Origin: the human T2T-CHM13v2.0 reference genome, Homo sapiens
Assembly (NCBI RefSeq): GCF_009914755.1
Contig: NC_060946.1
DNA: 64,000 nt
Direction: 5' to 3' (one strand)
Both the position numbers and the translations under genes were made by a program. Positions 38,014-53,548 of this stretch are shown in pieces; the first letter of the stretch is position 1, and each line of letters opens with the position of its first letter. Below the pieces are notes generated by a model, which saw nothing but the letters and a program-made list of their open reading frames with translations, was not told where the DNA came from and did no database searches.

Positions 38014-39090
38014 ATGGACGATGCCACAGTCCTAAGGAAGAAGGGTTACATCGTAGGCATCAATCTTGGCAAGGGTTCCTACGCAAAAGTCAAATCTGCC
38101 TACTCTGAGCGCCTCAAGTTCAATGTGGCTGTCAAGATCATCGACCGCAAGAAAACACCTACTGACTTTGTGGAGAGATTCCTTCCTCGGGAGATGGACA
38201 TCCTGGCAACTGTCAACCACGGCTCCATCATCAAGACTTACGAGATCTTTGAGACCTCTGACGGACGGATCTACATCATCATGGAGCTTGGCGTCCAGGG
38301 CGACCTCCTCGAGTTCATCAAGTGCCAGGGAGCCCTGCATGAGGACGTGGCACGCAAGATGTTCCGACAGCTCTCCTCCGCCGTCAAGTACTGCCACGAC
38401 CTGGACATCGTCCACCGGGACCTCAAGTGCGAGAACCTTCTCCTCGACAAGGACTTCAACATCAAGCTGTCTGACTTTGGCTTCTCCAAGCGCTGCCTGC
38501 GGGACAGCAATGGGCGCATCATCCTCAGCAAGACCTTCTGCGGGTCGGCAGCATATGCAGCCCCCGAGGTGCTGCAGAGCATCCCCTACCAGCCCAAGGT
38601 GTATGACATCTGGAGCCTGGGCGTGATCCTGTACATCATGGTCTGTGGCTCCATGCCCTATGACGACTCCGACATCAGGAAGATGCTGCGTATCCAGAAG
38701 GAGCACCGTGTGGACTTCCCGCGCTCCAAGAACCTGACCTGCGAGTGCAAGGACCTCATCTACCGCATGCTGCAGCCCGACGTCAGTCAGCGGCTCCACA
38801 TCGATGAGATCCTCAGCCACTCGTGGCTGCAGCCCCCCAAGCCCAAAGCCATGTCTTCTGCCTCCTTCAAGAGGGAGGGGGAGGGCAAGTACCGCGCTGA
38901 GTGCAAACTGGACACCAAGACAGGCTTGAGGCCCGACCACCGGCCCGACCACAAGCTTGGAGCCAAAACCCAGCACCGGCTGCTGGTGGTGCCCGAGAAC
39001 GAGAACAGGATGGAGGACAGGCTGGCCGAGACCTCCAGAGCCAAAGACCATCACATCTCCGGAGCTGAGGTGGGGAAAGCAAGCACCTAG
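38014..39090 (+). CDS. TSSK2: Testis-specific serine/threonine kinase 2, intronless, 358 aa
   Basis: [12 protein letters not shown] start, GKGSYA loop, [18 protein letters not shown] motifs; Kozak gcaccATGg; ends EVGKAST. Confidence 0.99.
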
Positions 39091-39290
39091 CATGACAATG
39101 GCCCCGTTGTGTGTGGTGGGGGTCGGGGTTGGGGGGCATGGTGCAGTCGGCCTTCACGTAAACTAAGTAGGCAGGTAGGATCTGAAGAAGGCACAGGTGC
39201 AAGTAAAATTCGTCAATTAAACCACTATTTTGATTACGTTCCATTAGCTTTCTTCCACTTAGCAGCAAAGACGTTCCTTACTGACCACCA

Positions 39291-39296
39291 AATAAA
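39291..39296 (+). terminator. TSSK2: TSSK2 poly(A) signal
   Basis: AATAAA 200 nt after the stop, followed by GT-rich sequence. Confidence 0.75.
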
Positions 39297-40566
39297 CCAC
39301 AGGGTGTGTGCAAGCATCAAGAGTGCCCAGTGAGGAGTGTTTTTCTCTGGGACTCAGCCAACCGCCCCACCTGACACACAGTGGTCTCCGGCCTAGGAGC
39401 ACAGGACAGATGCTCAGGTACAGGCAGAATCACAGTGTGGCCTGGCCTTGTGGGGGACAAGAGGGCCTCTGCCAGGGTCCACCCACCAGGCCCACACTGT
39501 CTCCCTCTGACCTGGCCTTGTCCCCAATGCCCTGGGGCTGGCCAGCTCCAGTGGTCCACGACTCCCCCTGGCTTCCTGCAGTTCAGCCCCCTCTGACCTA
39601 CCCCCACTCCCTCACAATCCCTCGCTCAGCATCCTCCTCTTCCTCTATTTCCTGGAGTCATGTGAGATTTCTGTCCTCAGCCCTCAAGTTCCCTGCCCTG
39701 TCCTCCAGGGGCAGCCCCAGCTGAGACCTCCCCGTGTGCCCTCCCCACCCAGTGGCTCTTCAAGCTGCTCAGCAGCCCTTGATGATGGCACACTGGCCGG
39801 TCTTTTGTGCTTCCTGCTGGGTCACCCATTGCTCCCAAAGCATGCGGCCCACTTGCTGGCCAAGTGCTCCAGGTGGTCAGCACCTAGACATGCTCCTCCC
39901 CCCTCCCTCCCCACTTCCTGGGGGCTCCCTTGGGATAACGTGCACCCTTTCCTAGGGGATAAAGCACCGAAGGCCCCACGTCCCCCACCCCTTAAGAGTC
40001 CCAGCCTGATCTGTCCAGCAACCCACTGTTATCTGGGAGCTCCTGTTGGTGGAAGTGACAAGGTGAGGCCAGGGCCAGCAGCATAAGATGGGCAGTGCCT
40101 ATAGCAGAGGGGTGAGTGGGATAGTCCCACCCCATGAGCTGGAAGCCAGGTGCTGGGAGAAGGTGATAGCTGAGATCACCTGATATGCAGCCCCCACACA
40201 GTCCTATAACCAGCGCACCTCACAGCCGGCAAGCCCAGAGTGGAGGCTGCAGACCTGGGCCCAGAACCGCAGGGGAACCTAAGGGTACAACTTCCAAGGG
40301 CTCCGTTTCTCCTTCATATCCCCCCAGAGAAGCAGAAAGCACTGCAGGATGTGAGCTCAACTCAGAACACAGGTTCCGAGTGCCGCAGAAAGCAACGCCA
40401 GTCACCCGGTGCTCCCACAGCCGCCCCACCTGCAGCTTCCTCACCTGGGGGGCCCCTCGCTTCAAGCCCCGCAGTCCTGAGACGTGATGCAGGCCCCAGG
40501 GCAAGGCTAGGGCTCGTGTGGGGAGCAAGATGGAGAGGCAACCCCCCAGACTGTACCTAGGTGTTC

Positions 40567-40572
40567 TTTAAT
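40567..40572 (-). terminator. ESS2: ESS2 proximal poly(A) signal (ATTAAA)
   Basis: tttaat on + strand ~240 nt past the ESS2 stop. Confidence 0.65.
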
Positions 40573-40809
40573 GACAGTTCAAGGGGCCAATTAAACAGCA
40601 AACAGCTTGGCAAGGCCCTGGGGTGTGGTGTGGGCACGAGTGCCTTGTGCCAGTCTGGCCCCAGCACAGCCCCTTTCTCCAGTGACTCCTGGTATGGTCA
40701 ACAGCTTCTGGCCCAGGCCTGGGCCCCGAGAAGGCTGGAGTCCTCTGCTGGGTGTACAGCTGCCCTGCAGGCTCTGTGAAGCGTCTATGAGCCCAGCCCA
40801 GGCCTGGCT

Positions 40810-41089
40810 CTAAAAGAAGTCCGAAGCTTTGCGCCGGGCAGGGAGCTGCAGCAGGTTGTCCGTGATGGAGGCCGGGTCCTGTGTGAGAGGGGTGCGTGTG
40901 GCAGAGCCAGGCGCCGGTGTGCTTGTGGGGGTCTGCAGCCCACTGGCCGGGGTCTTGAGGTGGGTGGAGCGTGCTGGGGATGGTGTGTAGCTGGCCCGCA
41001 GGGCCCGGTCTGTGTACTTGCTGGCCGTCCTGCTCACAAGGCGCTGTAGGGCTGGCGACATGGCTGGGCTCAGGCCTTTGGGGGTGAGG
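40810..41089 (-). CDS. ESS2: ESS2/DGCR14 coding exon 10 (last)
   Basis: cag|C CTC ACC; (S)LTPKGLSPAMSPALQRL...RRKASDFF* ; 280 nt; total CDS 1431 nt. Confidence 0.96.
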
Positions 41090-41673
41090 CTGGGGTGGAG
41101 GAATGGGTGAGAGAGGCAGGGTTAGGTGGGCTGAGAGCTGCCGGCAGCAGGGCCTCCCTTGGCTCCCAGGAAGAGCCTGGGCAGAGACACAGTCACTCTG
41201 AGCTGAGGAGGATGGTACTGCCAGCATGGCAGCAAATGCGGGGGATCCCTGAGGTCAAACAGCAGCGCTCAGGTCAAACCTGAGGTCAAACAGCAGCACC
41301 GCCCTTGGCTGTGGGGGCTGGGGTGCACCCCCAGGCCTCTGAGAGTTGGAGTCCCCACCCCTCTCCAAGGGGAACGATGACTCTCTCCACAGGGCTGATG
41401 AAAGCTCCCAGCAGGACCACACGCCTAAAGATGCCTCTTAGGGACGGGTCAAAGAGGACGTGGAGGAAAGAGAAGATGGAGGGGGCCTCTCATCCTGTCC
41501 ATGTGCGGCCATGCTCTGGATAGAGGAGCTGCCACAGTACCCACTGCAGAACCCCGCGGACCTGCCCTGGACTCTGCCGCGTGGGCCATGCCTCCACACG
41601 GTCAGGGCAGGGGCCGAACAGGAGCAGGCCAGAGCCACCCTCGCACTTCCCCACCAGCCAGGCGGCCCCTCAC

Positions 41674-41789
41674 CTGGCCAGATTCTCCGTCACTCTCCGC
41701 AAGGCTTCCTGCTTCTTGGCCCGGTTCTTGGCAGCGGCCTCGTTGGCCATCTTCAGACCCAGCCGTTCCCTGCGGCCTGGCTCCAGGAT
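41674..41789 (-). CDS. ESS2: ESS2 exon 9
   Basis: tag|ILEPGRRERLGLKMANEAAAKNRAKKQEALRRVTENLA|gtgagg; 116 nt. Confidence 0.96.
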
Positions 41790-42359
41790 CTACAAGGTAG
41801 CAGGTGTGTGGGTAGCTGCGCCAGGCCTGCCACACGCCAGGCAGCCCCTCACACAGAAAGCCACTGTGGTGGGTGCCAGCCTCTCTTTGTTGCCTACAAA
41901 ACCCCCACAACCCATCACCTCCCACTAAAAGCCCCTGGAAAGCCCCAAACCCCACCTGACCTGCCCAAGGCGCAGCACTCCTCACCTGTCTTCGTGTTCC
42001 TCCCAAAACCATGACCTCTGACAATCTCTCAGGAAAAAGCAGTCTGTTTTAGTGTTTCCCTGATTATCAGAGTGAACATCTCTGTCTTTATCGGCGCTCT
42101 GTATTTCGGGCGCTTCCCCGTGTGCCTGTGGCCTATTTTGCTCTCAAGGGGCTCATTTTCCTTTTCTGCTGCTGTCACTCAGAAGACCCTTGCCAAGACC
42201 TTGTGTCAAGTCAACTGTGCTACGCTGTGCACATGTTTTTTCACTCATTTACATTTGTTTCATTTATAACATTTTCTGCTGTATTTGTTATTTTCATTTG
42301 TGATTTCTTCCTTTGCTTTTATGTTTAGAAAGTCCCTCCTAACTTAAGATTAGACTACA

Positions 42360-42641
42360 GGCTGGGAGTGGTGGCTCACACCTGGAACCTCAGCACTTTG
42401 GGAGGCCAAGGTGGGAGGATCACTTGAGCTCAGGCATTGGAGACCAGCCTGAGCAAAATGACAAGACCTCATTTCTACACACACACACACAAAATTAGCT
42501 GGGCATGGTGGTGTATGCTGTTAGTCCCAGCTACACAGGAGGCTGAGGCTGGAAGGTCATTTGAGCCCAGGAGCTCAATGTTACAATCAGCTATGATTGC
42601 ACCACTGTTCTCCAGCCTGGGCAACAGAGTGAAACCCTATC

Positions 42642-42677
<36 letters not shown>

Positions 42678-42905
42678 CGAGGCACAGTGGCTCACGCCTG
42701 TAATCCCAGCACTTTGGGAGGCTGAGGTGGGTGGATCACGAGGTCAGGAGTTCGAAACCAGTCTGGCCAAGGAGTTCGAGACCAGTCTGGCCAACATGGT
42801 GAAACCCCATCTCTACTAAAAATACAAAAATAAGCCGGGCGTGGTGGCACGCGCCTGTAGTCCCAGTTACTTGGGAGGTTGAGGCAGGAGAATCACTTGA
42901 ACCCA
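42360..42905 (+). mobile_element. AluJ-like plus 3'-truncated AluS-like in ESS2 intron 8
   Basis: Alu motifs; second copy has an internal 24-bp tandem duplication at ~42746-42793. Confidence 0.9.
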
Positions 42906-43861
42906 AAAATCAAACTAAATATTCGCCACTATTTTCTTCTGGTTGTTTTATGGTTATTGTTTTTACATGTAACCTTTCCACCTTTCCACAATGTATGCTG
43001 CTACACATCCTGAGGACCCAGCTCCCTTCATTTCTAAATACTCTGCTATTCAGTGCAATCTGAGTTGCCATCTTTATCGGGCCCCAAATTCTGACTTGGA
43101 TCATGGTTTGTTTCAGAATTTATCTGTTTACTGTTGGCCTGGAGACTCGGGAAGCAGTGGCAGGCATACCTCAGAAGCACCTCAGCCCTTGCCTTGCGCT
43201 CTCACATTGGACAGCACGGCATCCTCTTCATTATCCCTCTCGCACGTTTGCCTTGGTTATCCTTGTGTCCCAGACAATTTAGAACCAAGGTAACCAGAAC
43301 CTCTCCCCATGTTTTGTCTGGACATGGGTTACCTGTACTAAGTATTCTGGGGAAAGGCCCGCAGTGGTATGGGGAGGCCTGTTGTATCTGACCCAGCCCA
43401 CGAAGAGCCTCCCCTGGTCTGTGCCGGGCCTCACACACTCCACCCTGACCACTCCTACAACACCAGGCTTGAGCCGTGTAATCCAGCGTGTCCCAATCGT
43501 GTTCTGTAACCAGGGGCCTTCTCTACAAGCACACAGCCTCGTCCTATGGCCCTCAGGCCTGCAGAGCTCCTGACGTGTCTGTGACCATCCTGCCTCATTC
43601 ATGAACAGCACCCGGCCTCCAGGATCCAGAGGGCCCAAGCCACTCCCTGCCTTGGTGTCTCAGCCCTTACACCCCCAAATCCCTCTGTGACAGGTCCACC
43701 CACCCACACCTGCCTTCAGCACCCTGGCATTCAGAAAAGCCAGCACTCTGCCCGTCAGCAGCTGGGGGCCGATCCCAGTGCTCAGTCCTGAGCCACAGGC
43801 ACTCAGGGCTCCAGAGGTGTCCACCCCGGTCGCACACAGTTCCCCCATCACCACAACCCAC

Positions 43862-43971
43862 CTTAAAAGCTGGGCCGGGTGTCCTGTCCACGTAGGGCGT
43901 TTCCGACCCTTCAACTCTCAAGGGTGTGTTCTCAACCTCCCCCCAGGTCATCATCGGGGACTCGTTCACAC
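43862..43971 (-). CDS. ESS2: ESS2 exon 8
   Basis: cag|(G)VNESPMMTWGEVENTPLRVEGSETPYVDRTPGPAFK|gtgggt; 110 nt. Confidence 0.96.
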
Positions 43972-44753
43972 CTGCAGACAAAGAGCCCAAAACCACCTCA
44001 GGCCAGAGGACTCCCCACCACCCTCCCCTCCAGTCACAGCTTGTTCACCCAATGTGCATCCCAGCTAATACGAAGGCAGGCAGCTAGCCCTCTCTCCTTC
44101 CCCAGGACTCTGGAACCCTGGCACCTCCATCCTCCGAAAGGGAAATGCCAAGCTCCCAGCAAGCCCGAGGCAGGCTCAAGGCCCTACAGCCATGTGCTTA
44201 GCCTACAAGCCTCTGGGAGGTCTCCCCCAGCCACGCAGGAGGAGACACTCAGGCCTTCCAGGGCTCCCAAACCTCCTAGAACCCCAGGCAAACCTGTGGT
44301 GCCTTCACATGCCCTGGCGTGTGACACAGCACCAGCACCCAAGAGCACAGAGGCCAGAGTGCAGAGGGACACCCACGCATGCCACAAGACCACCTGAGTT
44401 TCACCTCCCCTGAGGTGCTGGGCCTCCCTCCCTGCAGTGCTAGGTAGACTTAGACTCATAAGCACTGTGCACACACCCCCACCCACTGACATCACAGTAA
44501 GGACCAGGACAGGACACGTCATCCCAGGATGTCTCAGGCCAGGTCTGCCTGAGAGTCCAGCCCACCCACGGCCCCAAGCAGCCTGGACACCTGGCCTCTA
44601 GGGCCTTGTACAGACAGGAGACCAGGTCCCTGAGTTACACAAGGTGTGGGGCAGGCCAGGTAGAGGCCAGGAGTGGCCAGGGCCGACTGAGAAGCCCACC
44701 TCCCCCAGGGAGTCCCAGCAGTAGACCCACTTGCCAGTGGGCACTTTTCTCAC

Positions 44754-44856
44754 CAGGGGCAGGGGAAGGAGTGGCAACAAATCCAAATCCACCCACTCGA
44801 GGGGACTCCTGGGGGATCAGCTCCTTGCCATCGGGGCCCACCTTGCCCTGTTTGTG
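44754..44856 (-). CDS. ESS2: ESS2 exon 7
   Basis: cag|HKQGKVGPDGKELIPQESPRVGGFGFVATPSPAP|gtgaga; 103 nt. Confidence 0.96.
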
Positions 44857-45697
44857 CTGGAACAAGCAGAGAGGCTGGCATCAGGGGGACCGCAGCCCAC
44901 GCTCGACAGCTGGCCGGTGGGCAAACACGTGGGAACATGCTGGAAACACTTCCTCTCCTCAGGGCAAGGCTGGGGCTCTGGGGTTGGCAGCCTTCTTGGA
45001 GAAAGAGAGGGAGGGCCCCTGCCCCAACCCCCCAAAAGACCTTGAGGGCCTGTCAAAGTGGGTACCCAAGCAAGGAAAGCCCCCTCCTCCCATCCAGGGA
45101 GGTGCCAGGGCCTCCACTCGAGCTGCGCCTATCCCAGCAACTCCAGAGGATGCTGACGCCAGGCCCCTGCAGGGGGCAATGCTGATGACAGGCAATGCTG
45201 ATGACAGGCAATGCTTATGCTCTAGTCTCTTCCTGCCTTCCCCACTTCAACCCTGTGACTGCCACAGTCACCATCAGAGAGTATCTACTCGTCTTGCTCC
45301 CAGACTCAGAAAGCCTCTGCTCTCTGCCAACCCAGGGCCTGTCCCACCCCAGCCACCCCCTGGGGCTGGGCTCCCTCTGCGGCTCTCTGGCTTCCCTGCC
45401 CGGTGTGTGGGCGTGCAGCTGCCAGCCTGGGCTCACTCCCAGCAGTCCCTTTTCTCTCCTGCCCCTGCCATCAAGGGAGCTGGCACAGATCTGGACCTAC
45501 AGAACGTGTGTGACCAAGGCAGTGTTCAATGGAAGCCCACTGGGGCCAAGGAAAGACTCAGGATCCTGCCGCACAGGGCCCCAGATGGTTCCACTCACTG
45601 AGCTCTGCCAAGCTCAAAGAGATGGGAGAGATCATGCCTGCCCCCAGGCAGCCCTGCCCAACCTGGCCCATGCGGCCCTGCTGACCCGCCTGCTCAC

Positions 45698-45831
45698 CTG
45701 GGCATTGAGGGCGGCTGCCTGCTGGAGCTGGCACCTGCTCAGGGCTTGGCTGAAGGGGTCCCTAAGGAAGCGCGTGTTCTTATGTACCACCTGCCGGGGC
45801 TTCTTAAACAGCTGCTCCTCGTCAGGGACAC
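45698..45831 (-). CDS. ESS2: ESS2 exon 6
   Basis: cag|(G)VPDEEQLFKKPRQVVHKNTRF...AAALNAQ|gtgagc; 134 nt. Confidence 0.96.
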
Positions 45832-46150
45832 CTGGCAGACGAAGCAAAGGTAGCAGCAGGTGTCAGAAGGGCAGCAGCCTAAGGAGCATGAGGAGCTCGC
45901 TTCTCGGCCAAGTCACTCCCAGATGAACAAAAGCATTGAGCAGAACGCAGGCCCCAGTGCCGCTGGAGAGGGTCTCACTCACTGCTGACCTCACACAGAC
46001 CTGTCCACCCTTAGACAGACCAGTACCCATCAGAAGCCCAAACTGCAAGGGGGCACGGCCATACACACCTGGAAGGCTGCTCCAAACACAGCCAGACACA
46101 CACAGCTCTACCCAACACCTCCCCATTTGGCTGCGAGGCCCGCCACTTAC

Positions 46151-46268
46151 CCTCTGGATAGTACATGAGGGAATTCTTGGCCTTGTACTTCCAGGTCTCC
46201 ACACTGGCCTGGCTGCTCTCGATGGCCTGGTGCTCTGCTGACGGGAGTTCGAGATTATCTTTCTGCCT
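46151..46268 (-). CDS. ESS2: ESS2 exon 5
   Basis: cag|RQKDNLELPSAEHQAIESSQASVETWKYKAKNSLMYYPE|gtaagt; 118 nt. Confidence 0.96.
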
Positions 46269-46393
46269 CTGCAATCACATGGGGAAAAGTGATGGTCAGA
46301 GATGCCCCTGGGCATTGTACCCATGGCCCTGGGGCTCCCCAACCACCACAGAGGGTGCCTACGCCTATGTGACACCCCAGACCCCAGAGACAC

Positions 46394-46563
46394 CTTCTCA
46401 AACTCTTCCTCAGCCTGGTAGAGCCAAGCGTGGCGTGCCCGGCTTCTCTCCTTGGCCACCTCCATGATCTCCTGGAAGGAGGCATTGTCCTCACTCGTGT
46501 AGCGGCTCAGGAAGACATCTAGGCTGGGCAGCGGCTCCTTCTCCTCCTCCTCTCCAGCCTCTC
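46394..46563 (-). CDS. ESS2: ESS2 exon 4
   Basis: cag|(G)EAGEEEEKEPLPSLDVFLSRYTSEDNASF...EEEFEK|gtgtct; 170 nt. Confidence 0.95.
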
Positions 46564-47538
46564 CTGCTTAGGGGTTGCGGGAGGAGGAACACAGCACCCT
46601 TTGCAGTCAGGAAAGAGGAGGACACCCAGGCCCAGGAATCATAGCCCCCAACATGCAGGGCTGGAATCCTCTCCCCTGGTCCTGGCTTCTGCCCATGAAA
46701 GCCCACACTGCCAAGGACTCCCCACGGGGGCAGAATCCACCCACCCTGACTGCCCAGAGAGCCCTCAGGTGGTACCCTACAGATTCAGGGCCAGCTCTGC
46801 TCATGTGCTGGATGCCAAGGGAATTACGTGGTCTGATTCAGACTGGAGAAAGCAATACAGGTGTTAGAGCAAGAGCTCGTGATCACAGGCAGGCTCCTCC
46901 CCCACCAAAGTGGTGCCAGGCCTGTGGGTGCCAGGCCTCCAAATCCCTGGGGCTCTCCCTCACTCCCTAGGATTTCCTTACCTTACCCACTCTTCTCTTC
47001 CTGGTACCTGTACTACAGGTGGGTGGTCATCGCCTAATCATCCTGACCTGAGAGCGAGCCCCAATTCCAGGGATCTCATATGACTTAGTCCTCTGGATGG
47101 GGCCTCACAGGTGCTAAGCCACAACCCCAAACACCCCCCCCTCCGACCAACCCTGCCACCATGGAAAGTGGTACTCCCACTGAGGTGGTGCCCTAGTGCT
47201 GCGTGTGGTGGTGCAAACTTCGGTGGGGCCACCTGGAGAGCTCTGCCTTCAAGTCTAGTGACAGTCCTGACCACCTGCTACACGTGAGGCTATGCACAAG
47301 GCACAGTGGCTACAAGCTCAAGACCCACGGGATGAGGACAGGGGTCAGAAACTCTATTCATCTCAGAGAGATAAGAAGTGAAACCCTGACCATCTCTGAG
47401 ACCTGCAGAAGTGACTGCCTTTCTGAGCCTCAGTTTCCTCACCTGTAAACATGATGATGGTTCCTACCACTTAGGTTCTGAAAAGGATTCCTATATTTAC
47501 TGGCATGTAGGTGTACAGGTATTGAAAATCTGCAAACT

Positions 47539-48567
<1,029 letters not shown>

Positions 48568-49077
48568 TGTCTTGTGATGAAAAACCAAAGCCAGGCTGGA
48601 AGCCACAGAGCACCAGTGGTGTTGTGACTTCACACTGGCAGGTCAAGAAAAGTTTCTCTGAACAGGTAACACCTATGCAGAGATCTACAGGAAGAAACGC
48701 AGTGAGCCATGCAGTTATCTGGGAAGTGACCAACATGAAGGAAACAAATGGAGAGGCCCTGAGGCATCTTCAGGATAGTAACAAAAGGGGCCTTCCAACA
48801 TCCATGAAGCCCACAGGGCAGGGCTGGAACACAGCAGAAAAGCCAGCAAGAGCTGGTGAGAGTCCCATTTCACAGAGGCGAGCCATGTGTGGGAGCTGGA
48901 CCCAGATGTTCTACCACCTAGACCAATGTCCTTTGACTTCACAGGCTGCTATTTACGCAAGACCCCTCAGGAACAAGATGTGGCCTGCAGCCCTCTGGAC
49001 CACCCCCTCAGGGCCTCACAGGCTAAGATTCCCAGGCAATCCTGACCATGTGACTTAAAGAGGGCACCCTCACTCAC

Positions 49078-49173
49078 CATCCTCCAGGCCTCGGCCGCGG
49101 GGCCTGGGCTTGTTGCCCACCACTCCAGTGCCTGCATGCACCTCAGGGGTTTCAAATGTGGCTGGAGTCACAT
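49078..49173 (-). CDS. ESS2: ESS2 exon 3
   Basis: tag|(Y)VTPATFETPEVHAGTGVVGNKPRPRGRGLED|gtgagt; 96 nt. Confidence 0.96.
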
Positions 49174-49265
49174 CTAGGGGAAGAGAGGGGGATAAGAATT
49201 AGAGTGAGCCTGAAGCGACAGTTCAGCAGGCTTTCCCCTCTCCGCCACCCACAGGGTCCTCATAC

Positions 49266-49434
49266 AGGGTGGCGGGGGCTCCCGGGACATCTTGCCCAAG
49301 GCAGAGCCAAACTTGATGGCAATCTGGCGCATCCGTTCCAAGTCTCCATTCTCCTCGGCTTCCAGGTACTCCTTCTGTGCCTGGAGCTTCTCCACATCAG
49401 GAAAGAAATCCCTTTGGATGACCGTCTGGAGGCC
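49266..49434 (-). CDS. ESS2: ESS2 exon 2
   Basis: cag|[17 protein letters not shown]...MSREPPPP|gtatga; 169 nt. Confidence 0.96.
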
Positions 49435-49464
49435 CTGCAAGGAGAGATCAGAATGAAAGTCAGA

Positions 49465-50446
<982 letters not shown>

Positions 50447-51046
50447 TCACTACCACAAGTTGAGATTCCCAAGTCTGCACCTCCAGCCAGACCTTGCTCC
50501 CGAGCTGCATATCTGGGCACCCAACCGTCCGTTAAAGCCATCCATCTACATATCCCAAAAGGTGTCCCGAATTAAACAGGTCTAAAACCAAACTGACTTC
50601 CGCCAATCCCCGTTTCAGCTCCTCCTTCTGTGTGCGTGTGGTGGGGCGACGCAGGTCCACTCACTCGAGATGCTGTCACAACTGCGGTCTCTTTCCAGGA
50701 ACCCCAGCATTCACACTTGCTGCCACCGCTCTTTAGAAAGCCCTCTTTGCCACCATCCTTCCAGTTTGTCAAACTCCTACTCACACTTTAACAGAAAATC
50801 TTCTTTCCCTGACCCCCGTCCCATACAAAGAGAGCCGCTCTCTCTTTTCCCTGACAACACTACTACAGCCTCTTCCACCACAGACGTCTTCCTCTGCCCT
50901 GTTTACTTGACTCGTGGGACCGTCCACACCCGGCTCCTCCACTTCCACGAGGAGACGGAGTGTCAACACCCGAGAGAGGGAACCTGAGAGGAGCTTGAAG
51001 CAGAGGATGGGCCCAGAAGTCGCCGGCGTCCGCACCGAGGTCGTAC

Positions 51047-51181
51047 CTCGATATACTCTTCCTCGTCCAGGACCCGCTGCTTGCTCGTCGCAGCCCCAGC
51101 CTCTCCCGCCTCGCGCTTCCTCGGGGGCCTGGACGCGGCGGGAAGCAACAAGGACGACGCTGATGCGCCCGGCGTCTCCAT
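51047..51181 (-). CDS. ESS2: ESS2/DGCR14 coding exon 1 (splicing factor ESS-2 homolog)
   Basis: METPGASASSLLLPAASRPPRKREAG...LDEEEYIE|gtacga; 135 nt. Confidence 0.97.
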
Positions 51182-51480
51182 CGCTATCCCAGGAAAAAGC
51201 TCGGGCCCAGCAGGCGCGTCACAGGGTGGAGGGGGCGGGACTGCACCATTTGCGCAGGCGCCTCCAATAGTTGGCCAATGGAAAAGCTGTGGCTCTAGAA
51301 AGCCAGCCCGCGCTCCGTTCTGACGTCACTATAAATGCTAGACTTTATTGGAGATGTAGTCCTTGTCCTGCCCCGCGCTATTCATGCTTGTCAATGCTGT
51401 GAACACGAGGGGGTGCTGTGGAGGTGGCGGGGAGGATGCTATAGGGCGTGTTCTTCACGCGAGAAATTCTGGCTTTGCAG
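51182..51480. promoter_or_regulatory. ESS2: ESS2 CpG promoter: GC box ~51232, NRF1-like 51251-51261, CCAAT 51264 and 51275, full CRE 51321-51328
   Basis: Motifs read directly upstream of the ATG. Confidence 0.8.
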
Positions 51481-51618
51481 CGTCCAAAGGCCTTAGAATT
51501 CTAATTTCCCACAAATAAGAACTATGTATGCTTCGAGATTATTCTACAAAAATACAAACCAGGAAATTTACTTATATAGGAGTTTCAAGCTTTATGCAAG
51601 AAAAGGGCCTTAAAACAA

Positions 51619-53433
<1,815 letters not shown>

Positions 53434-53548
53434 AGCAGAGCCAGTGTGGTGCAGGTGGACAAGATTGGAGACAGTTGCAGTGGTCAAGGTGAGAGGTGAC
53501 GGTGGCTTACATCAGACTGGTGCAGTTAGAGCTGGAGAGATTCTGGGA

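Noticed and set aside
38032-39093. 353-aa antisense ORF opposite TSSK2 (and the 162-aa equivalent opposite TSSK1A)
   Set aside because: In-register shadow of a GC3-rich CDS, which rarely contains TTA/CTA/TCA codons; no recognisable domain
44606-45926. 331-aa and 243-aa + strand ORFs antisense to ESS2
   Set aside because: GC-rich intronic sequence, no domain; the longer one starts at TTG
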